From Antedon mediterranea (lineage: Eukaryota; Animalia; Echinodermata): a DNA stretch of 64,000 nucleotides. Below, piece after piece: positions 11,194 to 24,060 of the stretch. The stretch covers positions 26,399,175-26,463,174 of the forward strand of contig NC_092677.1 in assembly GCF_964355755.1 (NCBI RefSeq), given 5' to 3'. Numbering within the stretch: the first letter of the stretch is position 1; each line of letters starts with the position of its first letter. The translations under genes and the position numbers were made by a program. A model generated the notes under the pieces. The model saw only the letters and a list, made by a program, of their open reading frames with translations, did not search any database and was not told the DNA's origin.

Positions 11194-14100
11194 GTAATTA
11201 TTCAATTTTAATAAAGTTTAATGATTTGTATACTTGTAATGAAACATTGATTTAAATGGTGACTGCACTTGGTTGATGATTGGGCTGTTGATTTGTTGAT
11301 TAAACTGAAATCTCATTTTTTCAAGCCCCACCAAAGTGTGTTTTTAAATAAATGAGTGCATTTTCGCTATGCACACAATGTGTATGATAATTATGATTAT
11401 TTTACATGTTTGGCCAGTATAGTAATTTGTTTTATAACACAACATCAGTTATGTATAAAATGCAACCGTCCGTTTTTAAATTTTAATTTGAAAACATTTC
11501 TTTTTAAAGGTGTTGAAATTGAAGTGATCGCCGAATTTCATAAAGACAAAGTATCAATAAAATTAGCTGGGGAAATTTATAAATATTGCAAGGAAATGTT
11601 CACAAAGATTAGTGAATATTTTGAAAGTGTCAACCCCTCTCTCAGTTTAAGTGACATCAAAACCACAGTAAATCCCAATACATCGCTAGAGTTCTTTCTA
11701 GATACAGGTAATAAATCTGCTTGGACACATTTGAAGAACATACAGTCGAATGGAAAGCTTATTAAAGGTTTAGCAACAGTATTTGTTAATAAAAGTGAAC
11801 AATCGATGTTTTTAGAAAACTGGGAAACATTAATTGACCACCAAAAAGGTAATTTTAGTACAAACACTAATTCACAAGTCAACAAGTACTTTAATTAACA
11901 GCATACTCCACTATTTTCAAGCTTATAATGAATGTTACGTGTTGGTTTTTTTTTATAATCAATACCCTTTTTATCATTTTATATAGTCAATTTTACTCAT
12001 TATAACAAGAAAAAAAAACCTTTAGTTTATGAGGTAAAACATGATATACCATACACGCAATGAATGGTTACACACAGAGATTGGAAAATAAGAAGAGAAA
12101 AACTTTTAACAAAAGTTCCTATAACATGAGATCTAAAAACAAATTAATAATACCTGATGATATGTTAAAGAGAAAATCTTGAAGACTTGAGTCATTTTGT
12201 CAACGAATATTTTGGGTTTTCAACAAGTTTTTTTTTCTGCCCTGTCCAATTGCCTTAACGTTCTGTCTGAAATAGGGACACTGATTGATTTCAAATCTAA
12301 CACCTAATTGCATATTTCCTTTAGGTTATGTGGAACTAAAGAAAGCGTCTTCGCCATTGACAGGCAGAAACCAACCACATGTTCTAGAAATATTTTTTAC
12401 CAAGCTTGTAACACAAAACAAAACATCTACCAAACACTGTAGTAATATTATGAAAGCTCTTACTACCTATTACAAGAGTTTTCATTTATATTTCACGAAA
12501 GTAGGAACGGGATCTTTAGTGTTATATCTAACTGCGTATGACTCTAACGCATTAGATAACTTATGGAAAGCATATTCCAGTGAGACGCTGCACAAGGCTT
12601 TGGCAAAAATAGTAGCAGATGAGTTCCAGCAAGAATTTCAACCAGAATCACTTTGTGTAAAAATAGATGAACAGGACTTTAGATCTGCAATGCAAAAGAT
12701 AAAGACAACAGGTACAGGCAGAAATTGTTATTATTATTTTATTTATTTCTTTATATACATATTTTTTATATTATTGACCGATTATACTCAGTGTTAATGA
12801 TTTTCTAATTTTAAATTATCACACGTGTTTTACCTATATTTATTATCCACTGTTTTATTCATTTCTTACATACATATTTTCTTATAATTGCATCAATTTT
12901 ATTACAAAAATGTCATTAATATATCAGGTCAGTTTAACAACCGTATGTTAAAATGGCTATTTATAGGCTACTATTGTATTATTCTCAATGACATTAAGGT
13001 CATATACTTGTAAATGTGATTCTGTGTGTGTCATTTACAGCTACTTCTGAAAAAACATCAAAGAACACTGTTTCAGCTTCAGAAAAATCAGAAAGCCAAA
13101 TTAAGGTAAGCATCAAATCAAAGTACACAAATTATAAGAATAAGACTTAGGCCTAAATAAAAGAAATTTCATGTTGGCGGATAATTTGTAATAAAGTATA
13201 AGACGTGGCTAGTTTAGTTACTCTTCAATGGTGACGTTTTTTCCGAGAAGGTTGCATATACCGTACTACCATTATAATGATTACTTTATGTTAAGTTCAT
13301 TCTTTCTGGACGCACCGTTACACCAGAGTACCACTGTCATTTTTCGAATAACGTTTATAATTATTAAAGCCATAACTTAATAGGCCTACATAAGCTTAAT
13401 GTGGTTAAATAAATTGTTGCAAAAAATAGCCTGAGTTAATACAGGCATAGTGATTGTCTCCAACGTTGAAAATCCCTAATACGATTATAAAGTGCTGTAA
13501 GCACTAAAAAGTAGAATTAAAACAATGTTTCATTAAATGATTTACAAATAAAATATGGTATCAAAGTATTCTTTTCGATACTTAACTATGAAATTAAAAT
13601 GCATTTACATACTTTGATTTCGAATTAGGAAATCTAAAGTAAACAACGTACTGTATGTAGGCACTAAAGTAATGCTAATTAAATACTGGACGTTATGTAA
13701 ATTGAACAGGCTACATAAAAGTGCACCCCAATCGCCAATGTAAAATTGATTTGATTTATCTGTACCGATAAGATGGTAATTATTCGGAGAATTCGTAGAA
13801 TAAAGAACAGTGGGCTACTTCGTTTAAACCCTCACAATTGTGTAGGGACGCTCAGGGCTAGAGTATGTCTAGAATAAAAACGTAGCATAATGTTATAGTA
13901 ATGATCACCTTAAATGAATAATTCGCTGAAAATTATTCCCATTGTAAAAGTAATTACTACGTTCTAAGCTGCAGGTGTACTATTTTGAACACACGCTAAA
14001 GCTCTGTCTACACTATCAAAAAAATGTCATGTGCCCATATATGGACATGATGATGTCATATCACTACCATATTTAGGCATATCACTACCATATTTAAGCA

Positions 14101-17100
14101 TATCACTACCATATTTGGGCATATCACACTTTTTTTTTGTCAAATTAGTTTGATAGTGTAGGCAGAATTTAAGAATATGGAAAGAAACGAATAACGAATA
14201 ACCTTACCGTCGAAGATATAACACTATAGTTATAAAGCCTACATAAATCATTCTATAAATGTTTATTATTAAATGGAAATTATTAAAAAAAAATATTTAG
14301 TAAGTCATAATTCAGTAAATTATTTGGTTTACAAACTTTTCACATGATAGACAGGTTCCATTTCTCAAAAAACGGCCTAGAAAACGAATCAAGAAGCATT
14401 TTTGGGTAGAAGCTGGGATCCACTTGATTTAGGATATTTCGACCTCGCTGATTACGAATATGGCGGATCCCAAGCGAAATTCGGCCATCTAAGCCCTTAA
14501 TTTGCATAATTAAAAATGGCGGCCATTTTTTATAATTACCCTATATCTCGAGAACCACTAGTCACAAATAATTATTTTTGGTCTCAAAATGTTTTAAATA
14601 TATGTTTTTATATTCACTTTAATGACACATTTTCTCAAAAAATGGATGCAAGTCTTATTTATATATACTGTGAAAAATTGACCTAGCTAGATTAAACTGA
14701 TATCAAGATAAGGTCAGAAAGCGATAAAACGCATAGTGATACCGGACCGACAGACAGACAGACAGACCGACAGACAGACCGACCGACCGACATAGTGAAC
14801 TATAGAGTCGCTTCCACGCGACTAAAAATGGCGGTCATTTTTTATAATTACCCTATATCTCGAGAACCACTAGTCACAAATAATTATTTTTGGTCTCAAA
14901 ATGTTTTAAATATATGTTTTTATATTCACTTTAATGACACATTTTCTCAAAAAATGGATGCAAGTCTTATTTCTGACATTTTGACCTTTGACCTTTATTT
15001 ATCGTATCTCAATAACCAATAATCGGAGAGACACGAAATAGGGCTCAAATTGTTCAGAAACTATACATTCATATTTATTATAATGAAATGTTTTTACAAA
15101 AAATGGCCGATTCTACAACTATTGATCTTTGAACTGTTAGACAAATAAAATAATATAATAATAATATAACTTTGAAAATTGTGGTCTTATGAATTGTTTT
15201 TTCTTTTTAAATTGTTTAAAACATGTGTGTTTCTATCCAGTCTAATGGCACATTTTGTACAAGAATGGCCGATAGTATGGTTATTGACCTTTAAACTACA
15301 GCATAGGCCTACTGTATACTAAATATAATATAATTGCATAACTATGAAATTATTTATACACAATAATAATTAGTAAAATTATAAAATTCACTGCCATCAA
15401 ATATGATGTGTTATGATTTATATAGATTTAAAAAAAAATTTGAACACGCAAGTTACATTTGTTGAAATTTGAAATTGGAAATTACCTGCCATCAATATGA
15501 TGGAGTATGATTATAGATTTTTTAAAATGTGAACATGTCAGCTACATTTGGAAATTACCTGCCATTAATATGATGGATTATGATTATAGATTTAAAAAAG
15601 AATTTGAACACGTAAGCTGCATTTGAAAATTACCTGCCATCAATATGATGGATTATGATTATAGATTTAAAAAAGAATTTGAACACATCAGCTACATTTG
15701 GAAATTTGGAAATTACCTGCCATCAATATGATGGATTATGATTGTATAGTACCTGCCATCAATATGATGGATTATGATTATAGACTTAAAAAAGAATTTG
15801 AACACGTAAGCTAAATTTGAAAATTATCTGCCATAAATATGATGGATTATGATTGTATAGATTTAAAAGAAAATGTGAACACGTAAGCTACATTTGGAAT
15901 GAACATGTTAAGGGCATCTAATCAGTTTAAGATCATTCATGCAAAGGTTTCCGTCATCTTTAGCGTTGTTACAGCGGCATAAAGCTGCACATGGTAGTTT
16001 TGACTTCTTGCACCTACATCTATTGGTTATGCATCGTGTCTTGCATCCACAATAAATCATCTCTAACGAAGCAGTAGGAATAGCTTCATTTTTCAGAAGC
16101 ACTGGTTGAAGTTTACCATTAGATAGCTCCAAACCATAATCTGTTGGTGATGGCAAATGCTGGATTGGCGATACAGCTTTTTTCCATACGAGTGCTTGGA
16201 AGTGTGCTCTTTTTATATGTTGGTGCACTTTCACTATGTCGGTCGGTCGGTCTGTCTGTCGGTCTGTCTGTCTGTCTGTCGGTCCGGTATCACTATGCGT
16301 TTTATCGCTTTCTGACCTTATCTTGATATCAGTTTAATCTAGCTAGGTCAATTTTTCACAGTATATTCCTTATGGCCAGGAATCAATGTGGTTATGTTTT
16401 CACGGTGCGCAATAAAAAATTACGCGGTCTACGCACGATTTAACGAAATCACGTTTGTAATCATATCTTCACAACCATGAATCACAATTAAATAAAATTT
16501 GGTACTCATAAATTTCAGGGCATAAATCATCATATGGCAATACAATTACGTGCGTAGCGCATGTAACGCATGCGTACGCGCGCTTTACATTTTCAAAATT
16601 TATTTTCGATGAAATAAGAGTACATTTCAGGCAATTTTAAGCGTTTACAAAATTGCCATGAGTGCGCATATTTTTGCGCGCGCACTGCGCGTTAAATGTT
16701 TTTGCGCACTCTTTTTGCCCGATTTCTGTTTTCTTGACTTACTTTTCAACTCGAAATTACGTTATACGAGCACGTCGAAAGTGACAGGCTACGCACGTGT
16801 AAATTAAAAAAAATAAATGTTTTTAAACATGTTCAGTGATTTCGGTCAGTATAGTTCACTATGTCGGTCGCTCTGTCTGTCTGTCTGTCGGTCCGGTATC
16901 ACTATGATTTGTAGCACGCGACTTAATGGCTGTTGGCCTTGTTAATTATGCATATTGAGGCCTTAGATGACCGAATTTCGCTTGGGATCCACCATATTCG
17001 TAATCAGCGAGGTCAAAATATCCTAAATCAAGAGGATCCCAGCTTCTACCCAAAAATGCTTCTTACATCATATTTCAGAGGAAATAGAACTTGTCTATGA

Positions 17101-19680
17101 CCACCACCGTAGTCAGATGGATCGGATGTCACACGGCGGCGTGCATACCGGACACACTCTTCATGTTTGCCTTTTATAGATAAAATTAATTATCATTTAG
17201 ATAAGAAGATGAATAAAAGTGATTGTTGAAACTTATTAATACGTCTTGGTTAGTTTTAGTTAAATATATATTCCTTTTGGATCTTTTTTCTGGGTCCTAC
17301 CGAGAAAAACGTTTACTTCTTTATATACTTTGTACTCATATGGTTTTTATTTCAATATTAGCTAAATAGTGTTCAAGAAATTAAATAAAATACTACCATA
17401 ATCGACGTACTTATTACATTGTGTTAACACAGGTGATTGATTGTGGGAGTGAGATTACACCTGAAGATGTTTACAGTTTAAAGGCTAAAATAAATTATGC
17501 TGAGTTTGTTCATGCTACTATGAGACTGATCTGCGAGACATCAGTGTGTGTTCTTAGGAATGCAGAGATTCGTATAGCATCTGATCCACCATACTCATTG
17601 TGCGCAGGGAACAGGGATAATAAAATTGCATTGTATAGAGGAGAAGATGGATCAATTAAGACTAAAAAGGAAAGCCACAAGGTAATCAGGGGTTTTGTTT
17701 TATTTAACATTTTAAAGTGTACCGGAATGACAACATAAAACCGTACAACAGGCCCACATTACTTGTAATTATAATACCATAATGATGCATATTGTTTTAA
17801 CACAGGTAGTTGACTGTGGAAGTGAGATTACACTTCAACATCTTCAAAGTTTAAAATCTGAAACAAAGGATGAGGATAAAGATTTGTTTGATGCTACTAA
17901 AAGACTGATCAGCGAGACACCAAAACGGGTTCTTAAAGACGCAGGCATTGTCATATTGACTGATGATTCAACATACTCACTGTATGCAGGGGACAAGAAT
18001 TATGAATTTGTAGTGTTTAGAGACAAAGATGGGTCAATTAAGACTAAAAAGAAGGCAGGAAAAAAGGTAATCAGACTTTAAATTACCGGAATGACAACAT
18101 AAAATCATACTCTTTTATTATAATACCATAAGCAATGTACTTAAAATATATTGTTTTAACACAGGTACAGGTAATTGATTGTGAAAATGAGATTACACTA
18201 GGAGATGTTCAAAGTTTGGAAACAAATGATGATGATGATAAAGATTTTATTCAAGTTACAAAAATGCTGGTCCGCAAGACACCAGCGTGGGCTCGTCAAG
18301 ATGCAGAAATTGTTATAGCATCTGATTCACCATACTCATTGTGTGTAGGGAACAGGGCTAATAAATTCAACGTGTATAGAGAGGACGATGGGTTAATTAA
18401 GATAATAAAGGAGATACCGAAGGTACGTAATCAAGTCTTTTACTATATTTGACGTTAAAGTATTGGAATTTACAACATAAAACACACATTATTTGTATAT
18501 ATAATACACTTTTTTAACACAGGTAGTTGATTGTGGAAGTGAGATTACACTTCAACATGTTCAAAGTATACAATTTGGAATAGATGATGATGATAACGAT
18601 TTTTTAGATGCTACTAAAAGACTGGTCTGCAAGACACCAACGTCGGTTCTTAAAGATGCAGAAATTGAAATAGCCACTAAGGATTCAACATACTCACTGT
18701 ATGCAGGGGACAAGAATAATACATTTGTAGTGTTTAGAGACGAAGATGGACAAATTAAGACCAAAAAGAAGGAAAGAAACCAGGTAACTTAACTTACTTA
18801 ACTTAATGTTTGATGGAAATAGTTTAGGCTAGTACCTATTAGATTCCATTTATAGCCGAAAATAGTCCAGACTTAAAGATGTTCAATGAAGAGGCTTAAA
18901 CCTTTAAGGCTTAAAGGTAATCAGATCTTTTGTTTTATAGGGGGTTTCATGTTAACTAAAAATGTCCATCGTCTATCAACTGGTATGAAAATTAATGGTT
19001 TAATAATACACTGTTTGTTTTACTCAATTAAATTAAATGAATTTATATTGTTGTTTCACCATCGTATCAATAAAATTAATATTACAACTTAATAAAATTG
19101 TATATTTCCATAATCGATGTACATAAAGAAGTATTTTTAAATATGTTGCCTGGACCCCACATTTTAAAGCTTAAGCTTCCAGTGGGGTACCCTTTTTCTC
19201 ATTTATTATCTATTATTTCTAGCAAATGTAACTGTATTTTGTTTTTATTTGAGAAATAAATGTATTGATTTATTGATTGATTGAATTATGGTTTTAACAC
19301 AGGAACCGGTCAAGATTTATTGTGGGACTGAGATTACACTTGTGGATGTTCAACGATTAAACGCTAAAATAAAAGATGAGGAAAAAGATTTAGTTGATGC
19401 TACAAAAAGACTGATTTGCGAGACAGAAAATTGGGTTCTGAAAGATGCAGAAATTGAAATAACGACTAAGGATCATAATATATACAAATTGTATGCAGGG
19501 AACAAGAGTAATGGGTTTGCAGTGTTTAGAGACAAGAATGGGTCAATTAAGACCCAACAAAGGAAACGGAGTTGGTGGAAGTTGCTGTATGACGGGCTTT
19601 GTTGGGTAGAAAGAGATAACACCCCGCTAACACAGCTAATGTTTGGTCCTAGATTAGCTGCTATCCAGTGGCGGCTCTAG
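10662..19680 (+). CDS. Gene B: tandem DED, 2x TRADD-N-like, linker, 5x X-domain, amphipathic tail; putative innate-immune/cell-death adaptor, 909 aa. join(10662..11193,11510..11848,12325..12711,13041..13105,17433..17681,17806..18066,18165..18422,18523..18783,19303..19680)
   Basis: All eight introns are GT-AG with consistent phases (1,1,1,0,0,0,0,0), giving 2730 nt open to TAG at 19680. Domain calls are by motif resemblance. Confidence 0.8.
11510..11848 (+). CDS. Gene B coding exon 2: divergent TRADD-N-like domain
   Basis: Phase 1/1 exon. SLEFFLDTGNKSAWTHLKNIQSNGKLIKGL parallels the strand/helix pattern of exon 3. Confidence 0.6.
12325..12711 (+). CDS. Gene B coding exon 3: TRADD-N-like domain
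   Basis: Phase 1/1 exon. GSLVLYLTAYDSNALDNLWKAYSSETLHKAL...LCVKIDEQDF fits the GS-hydrophobic strand / ALDxLW..Y.S..L / VxIxExD pattern of TRADD-like N domains in invertebrate death-domain proteins. Confidence 0.7.
13041..13105 (+). CDS. Gene B coding exon 4: 65-nt Ser/Lys-rich linker (phase 1 to 0)
   Basis: catttacAG|CTACTTCT...ATTAAG|GTAAGC, encoding (A)TSEKTSKNTVSASEKSESQIK. Identical copy at 25554-25618. Confidence 0.75.
13997..14171. mobile_element. MITE with ~24-bp TIRs
   Basis: TAAAGCTCTGTCTACACTATCAAA ... TTTGATAGTGTAGGCAGAATTTA, internal CATATCACTACCATATTT repeats. Duplicate at 26522-26674. Confidence 0.65.
15390..15900. repeat. ~70-bp minisatellite inside the Academ element
   Basis: About 7-8 copies of CTGCCATCAATATGATGGATTATGATTATAGATTTAAAAAAGAATTTGAACACGTAAGCTACATTTGGAAATTAC. 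Confidence 0.8.
15908..16234 (-). pseudogene. Transposase C-terminal fragment with CXC-like Cys cluster
   Basis: HIKRAHFQALVWKKA..LPSP..YG...CGCKTRCITNRCRCKKSKLPCAALCRC; cut on its 5' side by a HINE-like insertion. Confidence 0.75.
17433..17681 (+). CDS. Gene B X-repeat exon 1 (83 aa)
   Basis: gttaacacAG|GTG ... AAG|GTAATC, phase 0/0. Confidence 0.8.
17806..18066 (+). CDS. Gene B X-repeat exon 2 (87 aa)
   Basis: ttttaacacAG|GTA ... AAG|GTAATC, phase 0/0. Confidence 0.8.
18165..18422 (+). CDS. Gene B X-repeat exon 3 (86 aa; alternative in-frame acceptor 6 nt downstream)
   Basis: ttttaacacAG|GTACAG|GTA ... AAG|GTACGT, phase 0/0. Confidence 0.8.
18523..18783 (+). CDS. Gene B X-repeat exon 4 (87 aa; not in the ORF track)
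   Basis: tttttaacacAG|GTAGTTGATTGT ... CAG|GTAACT. VVDCGSEITLQHVQSIQFGIDDDDNDFLDATKRLVCKTP...DGQIKTKKKERNQ is fully open. Confidence 0.8.
19303..19680 (+). CDS. Gene B terminal exon: X repeat 5 plus amphipathic tail
   Basis: ttttaacacAG|GAACCG; ..RKRSWWKLLYDGLCWVERDNTPLTQLMF..QWRL*. Confidence 0.8.
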   Translation, partial: EPVKIYCGTEITLVDVQRLNAKIKDEEKDLVDATKRLICETENWVLKDAEIEITTKDHNIYKLYAGNKSNGFAVFRDKNGSIKTQQRKRSWWKLLYDGLCWVERDNTPLTQLMFGPRLAAIQWRL

Positions 19681-20585
19681 GATTTGACAAGAGGGGCGAC
19701 TACTAAACTCTAAGTATTTGAGCCACAAATGTTAAATTTAAATCCGCGCCTGGCCACGAAAGTGGCAGTCGAGTTGCGTAGCACCGAGCGGGTATGGGTT
19801 TAGAAGGTACATCGAATCTACGTCTAGTGGCGGTCGCGGGTTGGTTGAATCAATTTTTTTTTTTTTAGAATTAAGGTGGAAGGGGGTGGCTAGCCAATTG
19901 AAAGTCACATTTTGGAAACATGTATTAGAAAAAATATTAATAATTTAATATAATATTACATAATTAATACTCAAGTACAAAACTGCTACGCAATTACAAT
20001 AGCAAAGGAATTCAAACCACTGGTCGTTCAAAGCGACACTTTTTGGTTCTAAAGCGGTAAATTCTAATACGTGGACGTGATTAGTTGAAATGGCAGCACA
20101 TAACCGCTTCGAGGATAAAACATTTTATGATTGGCCAATACTCACGCCCGCCAGCTAGCTAGTAGTACGCGCGGCGCGTCAAACATCCGGCGATTCGGCT
20201 TGAAGAAGAAGACTAGTTATTTTAGTAGGCCTAATATTAATAAAATACTGGAAACTGTAGAATTATTGACGGAGTTTCTTTGGTTAATGTAGGCTACTAG
20301 GCCTATATATTTACCTTTATACGGCCGGTTATTATTCTTCGGCAATGTAAAAAAAGGGAAAAAAATCCTATTTTTAAACATCGTTAAATAGTGCGTAATT
20401 TCCACGCCATGTGACCCACAATCGTCCCAATCAAATGAAAGGAATTTATTTTGGTGTCAAATAATATTAATAACTATTACTTAATTTTTGGTATAGATGT
20501 TTATTGACGAACTGATTAAATACAAAACTAGACTAGATAAAAATATTTAATGTTCTAACATCATAGTGAATACATTTGTTTTTAT

Positions 20586-21321
20586 AACAAGGCCATATAG
20601 ATGGCTGCAGTCGCGTGCTTAGTGTTTACCGACCGACCGACCGACCAACCTACCAACTGACCGAAATTACTGAACATGTTTAAAAATGTTGAAATGTTTA
20701 AAAACAGTTATATTTTTTTTAATTTACACGTGCGTAGCCTGTCACTTTTGACGTGCTCGTATAACGTAATTTCGAGTTGAAAAGTAAGTCAAGAAAACAG
20801 AAATCGGGCAAAAAGAGTGCGTTGTAACATTTAACGCGCAGTGCGCGCGCAACAATCTGCGCACTCATGGCAATTTTGTAAACGCTTAAAATTGCCTGAA
20901 ACGTACTCTTATTACATCGAAAATAAATTTTGAAAATTTTAAGCGCGCGTACGCATGCGTTACATGCGCTACGCACGTAATTGTATTGCCATATGATGAT
21001 TTATGCCCTGAAATTTATGAGTACCAAATTTTATTTAATTGTGATTCATGGTTGTGAAGATATGATTACAAACGTGATTTCGTTAAATCGTGCGTAGACC
21101 ACGTAATTTTTTATTGCGCACCGTGAAAACATAACCACATCGATTCCTTGCCATAAGCAATATACTGTGAAAAATTGACCTAGCTAGATTAAACTGATAT
21201 CAAGATAAGGTCAGAAAGCGATAAAACGCATAGTGATACCGGACCGACAGACAGACCGACAGACCGACAGACCGACCGACCGACATAGTGAACTATAGAG
21301 TCGCTTCCACGCGACTAAAAA
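20586..21321 (+). mobile_element. Longer Helentron/HINE-like non-autonomous element
   Basis: Same ends as the short GACA-core element; near-identical inverted copy at ~16230-16943. Confidence 0.65.
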
Positions 21322-21618
21322 TGTATATACAGAAATGAAAGTTATTATCTTTAGTATAAATACCCATTACCAATAGATATAGCATTCATTTTAGATGATA
21401 TTGTTGTAGTCACGTAGTCGTAACGTAGGCTTGGTGTTTAAAATTAATATTAAGATGTGTTATATCTAATTCGTACAATTTTGGTAACTATTTAATTTAT
21501 TTAGTTGTTTTTTTAACTGCTTAATAATATGTCTTATTTATTTTTATTTTCTTTTTTAAAGAAGCAAATTACACCTAATCATTTAACATAATTTTTATAG
21601 TGTTAGTTAAATTTAAAT

Positions 21619-24060
21619 TTACATATTCTTTTTGATTAGTTTTTAAATCGCCCATGATAATAATGATCTCTTTTACATTAAAAAAAAATTAATGTTTTTT
21701 ATTTTCATTATTATCTAAAATGTTTATGAAATTGAAAAAAACCACCATTCTAAACCCAGATAAAATGCTAACCCATTGATAAATGCTATACTAGTCATTA
21801 GAATAACATGAGCTGTAGAGTTGAAATACACTATAATTTATCTATGGCATGTTATACTTTAGAATGGAAAGTAGAGATATAATATACACAAAATATTTTA
21901 ATTGTGATAGATTTGTTATGTATTCAATACCGTACATTGTCAGTGATATAATAGATATATGTTATGTCGTTCTTCACAACATTGTTAAATTATATAGTCA
22001 CCATTCACAAATAAAAATTGTTAGAAATTCCATGTAATTATGTAGTAAGTATTACGGTTTAATAATTTACGCTCAATTGATAGTTTTCGTAAACGTACAT
22101 TAATTTGTTCTTTTTATGGTATAATATTGTTTATTCTATAAGTTTATTCTTCTTGGACACGTGACACGACACGTTACGTGACACGAGTATTGTAAGTCTT
22201 ATTAGTATGTTGCTGTTTGTTACATATTTAGAAATTAGCCCTACAATAAGCTTAATGTGGTTGAATAAATTGTTGCAAAAAACATAGCCTATTACTTCTA
22301 CTAAATTAATTGTGTATACACTGAGTTCCATACGTAGCACATAGGAAAAACAGGCCATAGAAGGGATGAAAAGCGAGACAGTTGGAATCTATGCAATAAC
22401 ATCAGCTTTTTTGTTATCCATTTTGAAGAAGCCTATTCATTTGCTGTTTATATTTGATTTCTCATCATTCAGTTAATAATTGTATTACTACGTTGAGTCT
22501 GTGCAGACATTCCAAAATAAAGTTGGGGAGGGAAACAATAACCCTACCCTAGACACATGCTAACCCTGTTGTTGCCGCCTATATAATAATACAAGACCTC
22601 ATCAAGGGTTCAGGCGGTAGGGGTAGAAAGATTCACTGATGTACGTGCACTAATGATCTGAGGATATTTGTACGAATTCAATCGCTTTTATTGAGATTAA
22701 TTCGCGTAAAAAAACAACAACAAATAAAAACAAACAAAATAGGAAGATTTAGGAATGCACCCGATTCTGCTACTGTCCACAGGTGCTATCTGTAAAACTA
22801 TAGCAAGTTATACACGTTGCTGTCTGCTATAAATGATACGATCTTTATGGTAATTATTTGGGTCATGTGAATTATTGCGACAACCATCTTCGGCTAAAAT
22901 TTTGCGTTGAGTCGATACCGGTATAATTAACATAATAACATGGTGTGCCACCTTTTTCGTTAATTTGTACAAGCAAAAGTAATGATAACGATCACGACGA
23001 TCAGTTAATTTTCTAATCCATCTTTTTCATACGCATGCAACAGCGAGTAACTCGCCAATTACAGGATATTACAGGATAGATTTAGTAATAATAATAATAA
23101 TTTATCATGCTTATAAACTAAGTCTCATTTTAGTTGAGTCGTGAGTTGCAACCCTGGCACTAGGTCAGAATTGAACCCCAGAATTTGGCACGTTAACCAC
23201 CAAGCTAAACAGCTCCACTATATTATGCCTATCTACAGTACTGCAGTATGAGAGATTAATACGGTAACTATCAATTTTGAAAAACTTAAATGTTGCTTTG
23301 TTTGTCAATATCATTTTTTCATTAAATTCAAAACTATAAAATTATTAACTATTCTACTATTGTTGTAAAGTTCGATTTCCTGATCAAAATGAATTGATAA
23401 TAAACATAAAAGGATACTTTATGTCTGATGACGCATATGCGTCTTTTGTAGTGTGCCATTTGAATTTTGTAAAACATAGTTATATTCAATATTTATTAAC
23501 TTCTAACAAAAACATTCATAACCCAATAATGAAAGGAAGGTTAATGCTTGCAGAAAGCATAATAAATTGGCTATAATGTTTTATGGTCTCTAACTAATGT
23601 GGTATATCCATTTTATTACTGTTATTCGATATCATGAATATTGACAACTTCTTTTTTAAAGTTATTCTTTTGAAATTCTAACAATTATAATTTCTTTAAA
23701 CCCATAAAAGTCCGTAGTTGCCTAATAGCCTATTAATTGCAACAGCGAAGTTCAGTTCACAAATTTTTAAAATGGATATTCATTTATAAATATTTCCAGA
23801 CAGTCTTTATTTACAATGCTAAAATATAACGTTGCAAATTAAATCTATTAAATTATTTCTCAATGGATTATGCAGGAAGGTTAGTAATATGAAAATTTCT
23901 CCACCCTTATTTAACAAGGCCATACACATGGATGCAGTCGCGTGCTCAAGTTAGTGTTTACCGACCAACCGACCGACCGACATAGTAAGCTGTAGAGACA
24001 CATCGACTTTTTTACTAAAGCGTTATCAATATGGAGCAATGAACAAAATGACACACTGAA
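21619..24060 (+). repeat. Segmental duplicate of the A-B intergenic region
   Basis: Colinear with 2922-3112, 4397-5376, ~6736-6890 and ~8910-9640, but without the two Helitrons. Confidence 0.8.

Larger units (their letters stand above)
14348..17097 (-). mobile_element. Internally deleted Academ-type DNA transposon in gene B intron 4
   Basis: TAGAC...GTCTA termini, 3-bp TSD TGA (14345-47 and 17098-100), long subterminal inverted repeats (~14392-14510 vs ~16945-17063), Cys-cluster transposase remnant. Absent from the paralogous intron (~26735-26850). Confidence 0.75.

Noticed and set aside
15390-15900. CRISPR-like repeat array
   Set aside because: Units are contiguous with no unique spacers, lie inside a transposon, and there are no cas genes in this eukaryotic context.
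17421-18452. Treating each X ORF in the ORF track as a separate single-exon gene (bacterial-style array)
   Set aside because: The apparent starts (MLTQ, MHIVLTQ) are translated splice acceptors (TTTTAACACAG), similarity ends at AAG|GT donors, and one exon (18523) has no start codon.
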